This document shows positions 50,318 to 63,644 of a stretch of DNA of 64,000 nt, one piece after another. The DNA lies in the NCBI RefSeq assembly GCF_964204645.1, contig NC_134031.1, positions 19,413,910 through 19,477,909 on the forward strand, in the 5' to 3' direction. This DNA is from Tubulanus polymorphus (Eukaryota; Animalia; Nemertea). A program made the position numbers and the translations under genes. The notes below the pieces were generated by a model. The model ran no database searches, was not told the origin of the DNA, and worked only from the letters and a program-made list of their open reading frames with translations. Every line of letters begins with the position of its first letter. Positions within the stretch are counted from its first letter, which is position 1.

Positions 50318-51682
50318 TTAGACATTTCGAAAAAAATAGGATGTAAACATATACGTGAAATCTATTAAACCAAGACCAATGAATATTGCTGGAAATCCGA
50401 CCAATGGTTGTATCGTTCCCGTAACTATTGATAGTATTATAGTTACCAGTCGAGACAAGACGACATCTATTGCGAATATCGTCTCGTAATTATTGTCGAA
50501 TTTCTCATCAGCGACATCTGACAACCATGAATGATAAAACGCGCCGTGCAAACCGAAACCTATTGTATATATATTATCCGGGCCGAACGCATGCCAAATA
50601 TTACTAATAAACGGATAAGAAAACATAGAAATTGTCATTAGAAGGCAATAGATTATAGCGCAAATCCATCGATAGTTTCTAGTTTTTGATACGACAAATC
50701 CAAATAAATTTGTACTTAAAACCAAGAGAACTGCTGAGGACAGTCTTACAGTCGCTATTTGCCAAGGTTTGGAATCTAAATGGCTCGTTATCCATAACGG
50801 TATCAATGTGTAATAAACATTTATATGAAATACATCTATGACGTTGAGTCCGAGTAGAATTAATGTTTGAGTATCAGTCAGCATCGATTTGACCACGCTG
50901 AGTTGAATGGTTTTTTCATTTTTCAAATTTTCATCGCAATTATTTTCTATATCGACAAAAGCTCGAACGACAATCGTAACACTTAACGCTGTAAAAAGTA
51001 TCCAAAATGTGTCCGCATGACCGATCGATCGAACCACGTATAGAGACACCGAGTAACCGAGTGCAGTGCCTCCGTATCGAAAGCTGTACATTACTGCTAA
51101 AGCTACAATTCTGTTTGAACTTCTTCCGTAAGCGACGGACACCATCGTTAACCCAGAGTTGACGAGAAACGCCTCGGATATTCCAATCAATGAATGCGTA
51201 ATAGCTATTATCCACCACATTGACGCAAATGCAGATATGCAGATGGCGATTAGTGTTGTTACTAAACCAAACCAAAACGGATACAAATGTCCATATTTGT
51301 AAGTGAGTCTACCACATATAACATTTCCAAATAGCGCACCAGCGTCGAATGTAGATTGGGTTACTGTTAGCTCCACTGTTTGATAGTCCTGTGTCGAATT
51401 ATTTTGAGTTCCGTGCAGTAGTTCAGATGCTACAGCGACTACCGCGCCCGATGTCATTTTCGCAACAAGTAACGCTACACTTACAATCAAGACGATAACT
51501 GCCGGATTACATCGACATCGATGAACATTGCATGAACTAGAAACGCGTGATGACGAATCTTGAACTCGGCTATCAACATCTTTTACTGCTCCATATTCCC
51601 TGCCTTCAAGTTTTGTGACCTTTTCTACAAGAATTTCTTTACCATCACCTTTCAATTTATTCCTCGCTGTGTACAACGACAT
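50318..51682 (-). CDS. Intronless MFS transporter, divergent SLC18 (vesicular amine/acetylcholine transporter)-like
   Basis: 454-aa ORF with ~12 hydrophobic segments; GRLTYKYG (MFS motif A variant); IPLWITSHLDSKPWQIA and DVADEKFDNNYETIFAID resemble SLC18A LPIWMM...KWQLG and LVDLRHVSVYGSVYAIAD. Confidence 0.8.
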   Translation of the reverse strand: MSLYTARNKLKGDGKEILVEKVTKLEGREYGAVKDVDSRVQDSSSRVSSSCNVHRCRCNPAVIVLIVSVALLVAKMTSGAVVAVASELLHGTQNNSTQDYQTVELTVTQSTFDAGALFGNVICGRLTYKYGHLYPFWFGLVTTLIAICISAFASMWWIIAITHSLIGISEAFLVNSGLTMVSVAYGRSSNRIVALAVMYSFRYGGTALGYSVSLYVVRSIGHADTFWILFTALSVTIVVRAFVDIENNCDENLKNEKTIQLSVVKSMLTDTQTLILLGLNVIDVFHINVYYTLIPLWITSHLDSKPWQIATVRLSSAVLLVLSTNLFGFVVSKTRNYRWICAIIYCLLMTISMFSYPFISNIWHAFGPDNIYTIGFGLHGAFYHSWLSDVADEKFDNNYETIFAIDVVLSRLVTIILSIVTGTIQPLVGFPAIFIGLGLIDFTYMFTSYFFRNV

Positions 51683-54600
51683 TTCTTGGTGTGTATTATA
51701 TAGATATATGTGGTTTTAAAGATATATCCGGTAATGATATATCTGAATAATGAACTACGAGCATTTATTCTCCACAAACGACTTGATTTATTTATCAAAA
51801 AATTCCTTTCAAAAGTATACATATAAATGTTCGCATAATTTCTTTCTTATTCTATAGGTGTTCAATTTCTTGATATCTATGCATACCTCCACAAAAGACA
51901 ACATGAATCTTCTACATTTGAATGGGGCAGAGGTCATGCCATAAATAGGCTAAGCGTGTCCTCTGCGGCGCATTGGTTTATGTGCGGTCATGTTGAGGGT
52001 AAATTCCGTTTCACATGCTTCACCAAAGCCGTATCCTCACCTTTCACGACGAGTGATCATTGTAATGTGAAATTCAGTCAAGTAATTGGTTTGTCCATAT
52101 ACTTACTCTATTAATACATCCATGCTTGGTCACATCACCGAATTGGTCTTTTGTCAAATAATTCCTACTCTTGACCTGCCTGACCAGGTGACCTCCTGAA
52201 AAATACTTTAAAGACTTAAAAGTGGGCTAATATCAAAGATAGAATGAATTATATATTGTGAAAATAATTCCACGAATAACGACAATGATTGTGAAATGTT
52301 CGGTTTGCATGTAGCTGGCTATTATCGATGTTAACGATATGATGGACCAGTAGCATGCTATCATCGGATCAAATAGTGAGATGATTTAAAAAAGATAATG
52401 TTCGGTTGATTGTTTTATCTTCAACTATCCGGGGTACTGATCGTATATAATCAACAAAATTAAACCATAAGTTTAGTAACGGAAAATGATACGGAAACAT
52501 TGCAACCAGTAAAATACTCAATTATTTTGATATCCTCGCTGTCCCAAATGACAGAAGGGTTTCTATCCCGAATATCAGATTGAAGTTGTCCCTTGCTGCA
52601 TCTAATTATCTTTAATTAATTGCGTTGTGTTTCACTACGCATACAACATGAACGTGTATATATTGTTGAATTTCCTGAGTTGCCATCATGAATCAACTGC
52701 GATTTGAAAATGTTTCGTTCTTTTAAGGTACAGTAAATTTTGCCAACTCGAAGACAAAAACGAAATCATCGTCTCACTCCCTAACGTATTTACCCATCCT
52801 AAATATTAGCTAAATATCAGATATTAGCTTCACTCAAGACCAATTAAGCCAATCTTAGTTTGTTCAAGTTAGGCGGAGTTTTTACATGTTTCGATGGGTA
52901 GCCGTGGTGTGAATATCTGGTTTTCAATCAATTTTGGCCCCTGCTTGAAACTAAGAAAGCTACTTTGCGTAAGAACATGTCCGATCGAATATTACATAAT
53001 GTACACAGGTCTTTCTCGGCAATTCCTCCTCGATCCTTCATGAAATATTTTATCAATCCTTCTCATTCGTCAAGTATCGAATTTTACGGCCGATTAATTT
53101 TTCAAATCGTTTTTCTTAGAATACTATCTTTCTTTTATTGGAAAATAAAATGACTGGATAATATACGAGTATACGCATTGGAATATCATTTGCGACTGAA
53201 CGCGTTGTGCCGTCGTAGTTGTCGTTTTGTAATATACATCAAATCGTTCTTCATTTCCGTTGTGACACAGCTGCATTTGTGAATACATTAAACACTGAAA
53301 TAATCGGTCAATGTTCAGTTGAAATAGGAATAACGAACACCTGTCGCTATACGACCGTCAAATACACGCACACATATAAACATCATTTACGTATCGAGTC
53401 AAACGCTTTGTTAATTTCTGAAAAATAATGCCGCAAAATTATCATCGTTGAGAACTGATTCTAAGCGTTCGTCCGGATTAATTGACGAGAAACGGACGGA
53501 CAGCCATCACAGGTTCGGGGTTATTCATTTTCCAGCTCTATCCGTGATGGATCGAGGTTCGCGAAGGAGCGGCAAGTAAGTCCTTATGTAATTTAGTTTT
53601 TCACGCTACGTGTGGAAACTCGAGAAGACGTAGTTTTAATTCTGTCAACTATATTTCATAATGATAATTTGATAAATGTATTGTTTGATGTTATTTGATA
53701 CGTATTCTATGTTGGTTATGATAAACGTACACAATGCGAGTGAAAATTCGGCGAATATATTTTAAGATTATCGAGCTGGACCCCAAATGTGTTAATGATA
53801 TCGAAATCAATTCAATATGGGCTGAAGCTTTTCTGGTATACATTCTGAAATAGTGTGCGACCATGTTGATGCGATGAGTCAAGGCAGTTGAAACGTGGCC
53901 ACTACACACAAATCTGCATGTTTTGGTAGAAAGTAGGTAACCTGACTGGTCACTCGCTGTAGCGGTTTTTTGCTTTCTCAGGCTCAAGAACGTCATGAAC
54001 TTACGTCAGCTTTTGGAAATGACCCATTCTCAGACTTAAGGTTGAAAAGGGGTTAATCATAGAAAAATGTACTTTCAATCATTTTGTAAAAATTGCCCTA
54101 GTATTTTCCTATAAATTTGCTGATTTTAGTTGATCATAAAAACAAAGCTAATGTGAAAGTCTTAGAATATTTAAAAATGAAATTAGTAAACACAGATTGA
54201 AACTCTAATTTATTTCACTCGTCCAAACCAGGTTTTTCACCAGGTTTTTCAACTTAGTATATCGTTCGTTATAGATAATCATACTTGTTTTGCTGAACAG
54301 TATAGGAAAGGTTTACAGCATTATAAAACAATGCTGTCTCGATCATTATATGTGAATCAACACAACACATCTAACAACCATAAACATTGCGACGGTCGAC
54401 TTTTCCCGGGGGACGAATTCAAATTTGTTAATAAGCGCTTGTCTGTATGAGGGGTATTAGGATCTGGCAACGACAAACGCATTTTAGCTAATGTGCCTTA
54501 TGAAATATCAATGGATAAAAGCCTAATCAGTTATAGACGTTGATACGATCCACGTATATTGTATGTGAATAGCAAATTAATTCGATTTGTATCTCACCGT

Positions 54601-55743
54601 GAAGCATCATGGCAGAGGGAGAGGCCATCTGCTCAATGTTGCGTTTAGATCGCCATGATGACTACGTTAAGCCAATGATATGGTTTTTTCTTGGGGGAAG
54701 GGGTGCAGTTGTGGTTTTTGAGATCCGGACCCCTGCTTTTTCGTTTGTCAAGACAGAGATTCTGTCGCTCATCCTCTCGAAAATTAACGAAAACATCTAT
54801 TTCCGATATAGAGTAGCCTTGCCCGTGGCCTTCGGCCTGGCTGCTCTATTTTTTCCTTTTACAGTCACGGTGACGGTCATTAGACGGCCAATGTGACGCA
54901 TAAGAACAATACGCGTGACGTCTGTGAATAATGTTTATACCAACTGTGATAATGAATGCTGATTATTGATATGTCCAATAAGTAATACTTTTCCGATTTC
55001 GGTGTCGAGAATGGGCCCAACTCGATACATTAGAAATAAATGCCACGCAGCGTGTATACATACATGTATATAGTTTTAGAATACGTGACTCTAATAAATA
55101 GAGGGTGAATTGAAATGAATATGAATTATATCATTTAAATTCTATGGCAAAACAGAAAGAGATTTGAAAAATGAAACTATTATGAATATATATATATGTA
55201 TATCTAAATAGAGGTTTGATTTTTTTCTAAGATTCTCTCGCGGCCTGAACTTGTGTCGATGTAATTGTATAAGAAAATCAATTAGAAAACAAATATTTCA
55301 CGTCGGACGATAGATCAAGTGTTCGTACGCTGAACTTGAACTCTGCTTGTTGAAATTTGTCGGTTCTAATTTTTATCGACTCAAACAATTACACACCATC
55401 GCTGTGGCATGTATTGGAAATCTATTTCGTGTGGCATTTGACCGTATATATTGGAATATCCGGCTAGATTCTCAGAGTCGAAAGTCGCGTCAATATCTAA
55501 CAGTGTATTTTTCGTCGTTGCTCGTTGTTGTTTCTGCTCCTCGAGACCAGACTTCTGCGACGTTCGGTTCGAGGGAGACACTCGAAAAAGACAATTTCCT
55601 TTCTACGAGGCGTTTTTTGTATTATTCTAGGTACAAGAACTATGAATGAACCTTCGAAACTGGTAATAATTGCGGAGTAAGTATTAAAAAAAGACGTCAC
55701 GATATTGCTACAGTACGTACTCTGAAGAACACGATAATACGCG

Positions 55744-57888
55744 ATGGGCAAAAAGAAACCGTTCGCTAAGCGTGTACAGGATTTCTGTAATAAAGACAGG
55801 ATGGCGCGTATGGTATACCTATGCGCGATGACTTGCATTACGACAGGATTTATAATCTGTGTTCTGTTGATCGCCGAAATTCTGATGCCGTATCTGAAAA
55901 TACATCTGTACGAACGGAATAATTGTACAACGATTAGATCGTACTACATGGGAACAACTGGCTGGGAATACAGGAGCGACAAATGGCCTAAATGTCGACC
56001 GGGACGGAAACAGATGTCATACCCGTGCGCGAAGATCGAGGTGCGACATCAGTGGAATAATAGTACAGTTTTCGGTTTGCTTCACGAAGACGAGTACAAC
56101 CTCATCGATTCGGAAAATTTTCCGGGAACAAAAAATGTAAGACTTGAAACGGTTTTATCTTAACGGTTGGGGGCATGTGTGTATGTTAGCTACGCTTTCC
56201 ATAATTCCTTCAATGAAGTCTATGATGGATTGATTTTGGCAAGATCCAATGAAAATATGTTCAAAACATCACGAATTAAAGATCTTCACAACAAACTATC
56301 GAATTGTGAAATATCCATGAAAGAACAGTTTCAATTTTCATAATGACGTGTCTTAACGTTCTATTGAGCGTTTTGGGAGTCACGCATACCCCTACTCCAG
56401 ACAAATGCGAACTGATACAAAACATGTACACCGGATTTTCAACTTTGAGTAACTCAACGATGACGCTTAATAGCAAAGACAACCCGACAGCAGGGCTATC
56501 TTAAAACATTGAAAATTATTCGAAATAATCTAATTGCTTTGAAATAGCCATGTTCCCATGTTATGTAACAAGTATTTTGATTACTGAGTTGCTCAATTAA
56601 TCCGGAGTTTTGTGAAAGTTAAGATTTGTCTTGAGGAGGAGATATCATGGATGTTTAACTATTAGAAAACTACCCAAGTGAAACTATCGAATTATTTATT
56701 TACGTATTTCAATATTCGTATAGTGTTCGTTTTCGAGATGTACGATCAGCACGAGAGAGAATGCCGTTGAAATACACCGTCTAATGAACAAGTATGGCAG
56801 AGAGAACACGAAATTTACGTGTCTCGTCAGTCCTAGTGATCCAAGTAAAATAGTTCTTCGCAAGTAAGTATTAAGCAGTTATTTAGATGTAGAATCATGG
56901 AAAATTAGCGTAGAGTTAACTGGCTCTGGAACTCGGGCTAATCGATCTGAAGACCAGGACGATTACTATCACACATTCACCGTTATAGAAATACGATCAG
57001 TTTTTTAATGTAGGCTGGAAAAGCGTCCGGTGTCCGATGTTTGTAGTTTATTTTCAATTGAAAATTCCTCAGGTTAAATCCTGCTGAATACAAGTGAAGC
57101 CTGGTTGATACATCGACTGGAAAATGATGAAATAAATTTTATATATCGAATGTCTGAGGGTTGCACATTCCAAGTGGCAGATTGATACATGCGTCGTAAT
57201 GAATTAAAGAATCCCAAAGTTGAATCTTGTATGATAAAATCTTTAAGTACGAAACCACAAAGTTTGTGCGATTGACCAGTTTGGTCATTCCACCTGATTA
57301 AGGCTGTTAGTCAACAGCCGAAAGAAACGTTCTGGTTTCGTTTCAACAGGTATCATATCATATAAAACTATATTATGGGACTTCTTAATTCGTCTACAGT
57401 TTACACGGATTTGAGTGTTTTATTCGACTAATGTGTATTCGAGTAATGTGTCGTATTAGTGTGGTTAAAATGGTCCAGCAGTAATTTGCCCCAAAATGCA
57501 ATCAATTCTAACGCAGCAGACCTTGGTGAATTATTATCATTTATTTTTCTACCAACAAAGAGTAATAATGATACATTAAATTCCGAATATATTCGTTTTT
57601 TTCAGTTACCACACGAAGAAAGAGACGCTGATAGCCGTGTTGGTGCCGGGTGGTTTGTTTGTGCTGGGTCTCTTGACGACCATATTCATGATCTGTTTGA
57701 TCGGTTGTAAGGTGTGGGGATACACCGGCTACGGAGCCACTGCGCAGTGGGAAAAGAGCATCATTTGGAACGACGACGCGCCTCCGAAAAAAGGCTTTCC
57801 CCACAACCTGATAGATTACGCCAGACAAACTCGAGGAGGAAATCAGGCGTCTAGTGCACCAAATACGAATAGCGACTATCCCGTCTGA
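55744..57888 (+). CDS. KCNMB/CaKB-family (BK channel beta subunit / TipE-like) two-TM protein, 3 exons
   Basis: Exons 55744-56136, 56724-56863, 57606-57888 in phase; TM1, Cys-rich loop (NCTT, YPCAKIEV, LLHEDE, CSFSRC, FTCLVSP), TM2 AVLVPGGLFVLGLL. Confidence 0.82.
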
Positions 57889-58631
57889 ACGTTCGAAATT
57901 TTGAAATAATTCTTCTTAAGTAAAAGCGACAAAATGATTTATTATCGGCGCATTTTTAGGTCATCGGTTTTCGGAATTTGTTATAGACATTTTGATTTCG
58001 TTTTATGAAATATCGTACACTATACTTCATTGAATGAGACGTAACTATATCTATTCTAGTCGGAGATACGCGTGTACACTTTATATGCAAACATATACCG
58101 TGATAAGTGCCTTGCGTAAAGCAACGTTGTCAAAAACATGACTTCAACGTTTTGTATAATTTCTATCCAGCGCTGAAACAACTATGCAATAATTCAGACG
58201 ATAACACTATTATATAGATGGCGCATTGTTGGTTTGGTTGGATAGTTTTTTAAATGATCCAATTGTTTATTCATCGAAAATCTTTCCCTTCTCTTTCACG
58301 TGACATTAACTTGTGGACTCATTTTCGATCTATGCATTCAATTTTCGGGCTTGTGGCGGACTAGGCGAATTTCTTCGCCAAATTCGTCTACGATTGAATT
58401 CGGGAGACTAATTTTGGCAAATTTTTAGGCGAATTCGGTATGAAGACTGATTCGCCAATCGATCACTCGATTCAATGTATTTTTAGTCGAATCTATTTGA
58501 TGACACACCGGATGAATCTCTGGCAATCGACGATTAAAAATTCGCCTAAATTCACCTAGTTTGTCGCGGGATTCGCTGCGCGTTGATTATAGATCTTCCA
58601 ATAAAGAGTTTGTTCTTCAGCTGCGGAACTC

Positions 58632-58775
58632 CAGGGGCTGGTTGCATAGTCATGGCTTAGACTTAAGACCAGTCTAAGACCAACTTAGTTCTATAGACAA
58701 TCTAACAACTTAAGACCAGTCTTAAGATTTAAGACCACTTTTGGACTTAAGTCACGACTGTGCAACTGGCCCCTG
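58632..58775. mobile_element. Intact MITE (PIF/Harbinger-like, CWG-bounded)
   Basis: ~28-bp imperfect TIR caggggctggttgcatagtcatggctta / taagtcacgactgtgcaactggcccctg; internal ttaagacca repeats; related copies at 3134 and ~17815. Confidence 0.75.
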
Positions 58776-61193
58776 GGGACGAGCTTTCGTTATTGTGTAG
58801 TCTACTGTTAAGTAGTTAAGAATCAAAATGACAATTTCGTTCGAAGTTAAATTCATAAAAATTAACCATCGACCTTCCACTCATGCATCGATCGGGTAAC
58901 GAATGTTTTCTGTGCACGCATTTTCATGTAAATAGATCAACTCAAAGGTTGCGGATTTAATATAGAAAACTACGAAAGCTCGTCCCCTGCAAAAGGTGCG
59001 TTCATACTGCTTCTCACGTTCATACAATATTGTGATATTAATATATGTTAAGTTATTATTATAACATTTATACTTGTAACATATTTTCTTCATGTTTTTT
59101 TCCACTCGCGGAAGAGGGTTTTTATTATATATCGTTTAACACTTTAGTGCTATAACACCGAGCACGGTTTTATGTGTTTCCAATGAAGTAAAAATAAAAC
59201 TATACTGACTTTTCAACGTGGTCTTTATTACTATAATTATTATTATTCTTTATTTACGAATTAGATTATTACATTAGAAAATTGCACACGCACACGTACA
59301 CGCACACGCACACACAGGCACGCAGTCCCCTGCTGCGGCTGTAACGACGATAAGCTGGCCCCAAGCAGAAAAACGCGGCGGGCAGGAAAAAGCCGCAGTT
59401 GTTGGTTGGTCACAGCTCGTGATGACCAACCAGCCTCGAGGGCCCTGTGTAACAGCACGTCGATTTTTAACGGTAATATATTGGTTCAATGTTCTAAACG
59501 ACGTCGTTTGCATTTTGACTCGGCCATCCTTAATTCATCAATTCCAAATCATCCAGGTCGTCAGCTGTATTCAAATCTTATTCGACTGTTATCACAGGCC
59601 GTATATACGGATCCACAGAATCCGATATCCGCAGAAGGCCTGACAGTATTTACAAAATTAAGTAACTAAGAAACATGTCTCCCGGAAATCCTATCTATAT
59701 CTACGAGACGAGAGAAAAATTCTAAGAAATGAGAAAATATGATTCAGTCGGATACGTATAAATATTCATATCTTTATTTCAATATTTTCGGTTCATACAT
59801 TCACAACAAAGATGTCTACGAAATGGCTGCTTAATTTTCATATTATGCTCAGCTTTTATTCGCAATAGTGTCTGTCCTCCGCATTCTTATAACGAAGCAG
59901 CTTTAGGTTCACGTGGTGTCGTATCATTCGAAACAAAAGGCAGATATTTGTAGTTCGTGTTCTTAGTATAATAGAGAATATTTGATGTGATACAGAATGA
60001 AAATGAATGCCGACATTAAACAACAACTACAGAGACCAACTTTCCGTGCAGCGCCTAGCCGAGGATCACTTCCAGGTCACCGTCGAAAATCTTACCGAAA
60101 TAATCTCGGGGCGTTATCGAATTATCCGTCATCGGTATTTTTGGAAAACCTGAAATATAGATATCAAAAACGAATCTTTAAATTAAGTAACTCGGACATA
60201 ATTTTCGACTCACCTAAAAATCTGCGAACACAGCTTGAAACTTATTATCATTTAACGCATTATTTTCTATGATAATGCGCTTTCTTCATTGAAAGCAATT
60301 CTTTCCATTAGGGATTTTTTTGGCATTTTCTCAAGGTTATTACCATTTCGGGGTCAAGACATTCTAAGTGTTCTATCGAATGTTTTCTATTTTCAGTGTT
60401 CACAGAAAGGCAATTCTACCGAGGTTTATCTTTCACTCTTCCCTCGTTTTAAAGTATGAAAAAATACCATATATTCCTTGAGGATTTTATGAGAGCATCG
60501 TCATTGAAAGTCAAAGCACGGTTAGGAAAACAAGGAGCTAAACATTTTGAAACCCAAAACCTTCGAGTCTAAAAAAAAACCTAAAATCCTACACCGGAAA
60601 TCGTAACCATGGCAGCAGGAAGGGGTATCGTGAAGCGGTTCTAAAAGGAAGGCGGCAGGAGGCCGAAAACCGACCAGTTTTGACAAAGCTTCGACTGTTA
60701 TACTCAATGTCAAATCTGACGATAATGAACGTTTTCGAGGCTTTAATACCCGAGGCATTCTACGTTCGATAGTTCAGCATCTATTTATTGAAGTTTACGC
60801 AGAGACCGCGCGTCAAACGGTAATTGACAGCAGGGTGCTCAGCACAAGACAAGAGACCCAGAGAGTGATTTGCGTGCGAGATTTAAATTACGATATCGCG
60901 CATTAAATCACCTATAGCATTGTATAGTTTGATGATGTTTCTCATTAGAGCGCGATAATGTGAACAAGCGGCTAATAGTAGAAACCAGGAACGGAATTGG
61001 GAATACGTTAATTAATTACCACACGATTTATCATGGAGCAAAATAGCGTAAATTAATCAGCGCTATATGGTTTCCGTTGTTTTGCTGTTGCTGTTATCCG
61101 ATGAAATACGTGGCGATTTTAAGATAATTCACCAAATGGTAGAATAGCCACACTCAGACGTGGAGAGTTTCGGCACCAGGTTTGACGAGTACC

Positions 61194-61257
61194 CGCGTTC
61201 CCTAGGTTCCTCGCGTTCCCGAGGTTCCCCAGGTTCCTCGCGTTCCCCAGGTTCCCT
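61194..61257. repeat. Short minisatellite of 9-bp units (cgcgttccc / aggttcc)
   Basis: cgcgttccctaggttcctcgcgttcccgaggttccccaggttcctcgcgttccccaggttccc. Confidence 0.8.
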
Positions 61258-63202
61258 TGCTCACGTGAAACTCTGCCTCTACACAACGCAAGCACAGGAA
61301 GTACCGCACACAAAACCGTGACGTCACGTCAAAAAGGCCATACGTCACACGTTCGCGTTCTCGTAAAACGCTATACCTCGAAACTAAACAGAATTTAAAA
61401 GATTAAAATGAAACCCCTATTTCGCTCCTGGTAGGTGTGGTAAGGGACACCAAATCGAACTAAACCTACCGATGAAATAAATGATAGGGTCATCCATATT
61501 GTTAGATAAAAAAGATCTAACACCTGACGTCGTGACGGTGATCTCTAGTAAAAGTTTGCGTCTTGATAAATAAGATTCGATTTTAATTCGGGTTTTGAAT
61601 TCGGCAAAGTTTATCTATTCAAAATAACGAGTTACAGCACAGCTAATTATCGGGTTAAGAAAATGTCAAGCGGAAATACGATATTGTATCAAACATTGTA
61701 TCACGCTGCTGATGGAGAGAGAATAGAACACTTTCTTTTGCATGAATAGAAACTTTTCTATGAAACTGAGAAAGTCTTCGATATCGCTATGCGGGTATCT
61801 ATTGACGGAATGGATGGGTAGATTCTAGTGTGAGCTGTTCTCAAACTTAGATTCGACGAAGCATGTTGGACACAGGTGCTCAAAGCACGCACGACAAACA
61901 CGCCTGATTTCGCGAACAAATTGATGATGTCCAACAAATAGAATGATTGAAAAGGTTCTTAATGTAATAAATATCTGACGAGTATATTTTGCCACGAGAT
62001 CGACGCCTGTATCAGGATTCGGAAGCAATATACGTTTCACTGATATGTCGCGAAGACCGATTACCAACACGTCGCCATTTCAAGTGCCCTCGAGAAATGC
62101 TCACGAAAAATCACCCGCAGCAGGTTGAAAGAACTTAATCAAGTAAATCAACTTTCATTCAATAAGATCAGTTTTCACTTGGAATCTGCCGTGTTGACAA
62201 ATTTTGATAATGTCCAAATTTCGAAACCTCGTCTCTGCTCGCAGCAGGGCATGGATAGTATGGCCCCTTTTAAAGTTTATGCCTTTTTCATTTTATTGTG
62301 CCGTAGTCGTTTAGTGGCCCTGTATCCACCCCTGATGGACCCGTGCCCGTTTGACTCGCGCTAAATTTGGCTCGACCAAAAGGCAACTGCTCAAATCATT
62401 CTGCGTGGGTGGGTCTGGTTCGGAACTTCAGGTTAATGTATATATTAACCATCACGCCGATCCAAATATAGCGCACCATCTCAATAAACACGGGCGTCGA
62501 TGCACGCGAAGGCGATACTTATGATCACAAAATACGTCATAGTATCAACACAACTAATTAATCGAATACTCAGTTGTACATATTGTCACGCGTTTTTAAA
62601 AGGGACGTGTTCATTGTACATCAGTCTAATCATGACAAACATTAGACATTTAAAACTTTCGTGAACGGAAGGTTTAATTTGTCAGTGATGGAATACACGC
62701 TACCGAACATTATGTTGTACTAAGAATAGAATTTGTTTCTTTCGGAACGGATCTAAGATTAAAAAAAAAAGATTCTCCGTGAATAAAAAGTGTAACTGTC
62801 CAAAGCGCGTGACGTAGATGCGATGCGATTGACGTACACCGCCCTTTACATCTACTGTAAGGGGTAGAATAATTTTTTTCGCTTATTTTTCCCAAGGGGT
62901 TTATTTATTTATTAATGGAAAGATACCAACATCCGCTATCCCACCAGATGGCGTGACGAGCGCTCGGTACATCAATATTCCTAAAATTTCATGTTGAAAT
63001 TAGTTATTATCATCAATCAGCTTTGAACTGAATTTTAAGCTCCCAAACACATACATTATTACAGGATCCACCAAATATACATGAATTCAATTTTCTACCC
63101 AGTGATTGGTATAGCTTTCATAAAAAATGTATTTATTCAAGAGAAAAGTTCATTTGATTTTCAGTGAAACGTAAAATAAATTTAACCTAGCAGACTGAGG
63201 AA

Positions 63203-63269
63203 CTACTAGCGAACCCTAGCGGATCTTCTCTCGCCATAAGTAGAATCCTCGATTGCCACAGTAGCATTG
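63203..63269 (-). mobile_element. Helitron-like 3' terminus, second copy
   Basis: Shares ctactagc...gccata...gaatcctcgattgccacagtagca with 18619-18684; ends CTAG|T on the minus strand. Confidence 0.5.
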
Positions 63270-63340
63270 GTAGGTATTTATTGCTGTATTGTGCTTGGAA
63301 ATCATCCTTGGGATATATAATAATATAATCATATTCTTAC

Positions 63341-63644
63341 CCATCAAAGCGACCCGTTTAGGGGTTAGGCACTTCCTCAAACAAGAGAACGTTTTCGTAC
63401 TGTCGAGAAATGCAAATGGTTCAGTCGGATTGGAACCGAGACATTCCGTGGCTATCGCGTCGTCACTCAGTAGAATGGCCGTGCAGTACACGTAACTAAC
63501 ACATCCTGCCATGCACATCTTCTTCGAATTTATCGGAACCGCCCAATTTCTCAGCCTCCCGTTACAGTGAATCTCTTGGCAGGTTTCAACGGCAAAATCC
63601 ACATCGGAGCCGCTCGTCGGGGAAGGCAACATCACGACCGCTGC
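63341..63644 (-). CDS. Probable exon encoding a Cys-rich PAN/apple-like domain of a secreted protein
   Basis: Strong acceptor (tttttttgattgattttcatttttcag), donor gtaaga; SKKMCMAGCVSYVYCTAILL...ECL fits CxxxC-x5-C spacing; possible first exon 63850-63874 (MSLFFTRL). Confidence 0.5.

Noticed and set aside
63216-63340. WSC domain suggested by QCYCGN in ORF 63216-63665
   Set aside because: That stretch lies past a strong donor and is the dispersed Helitron-like repeat also present at 18619-18684.
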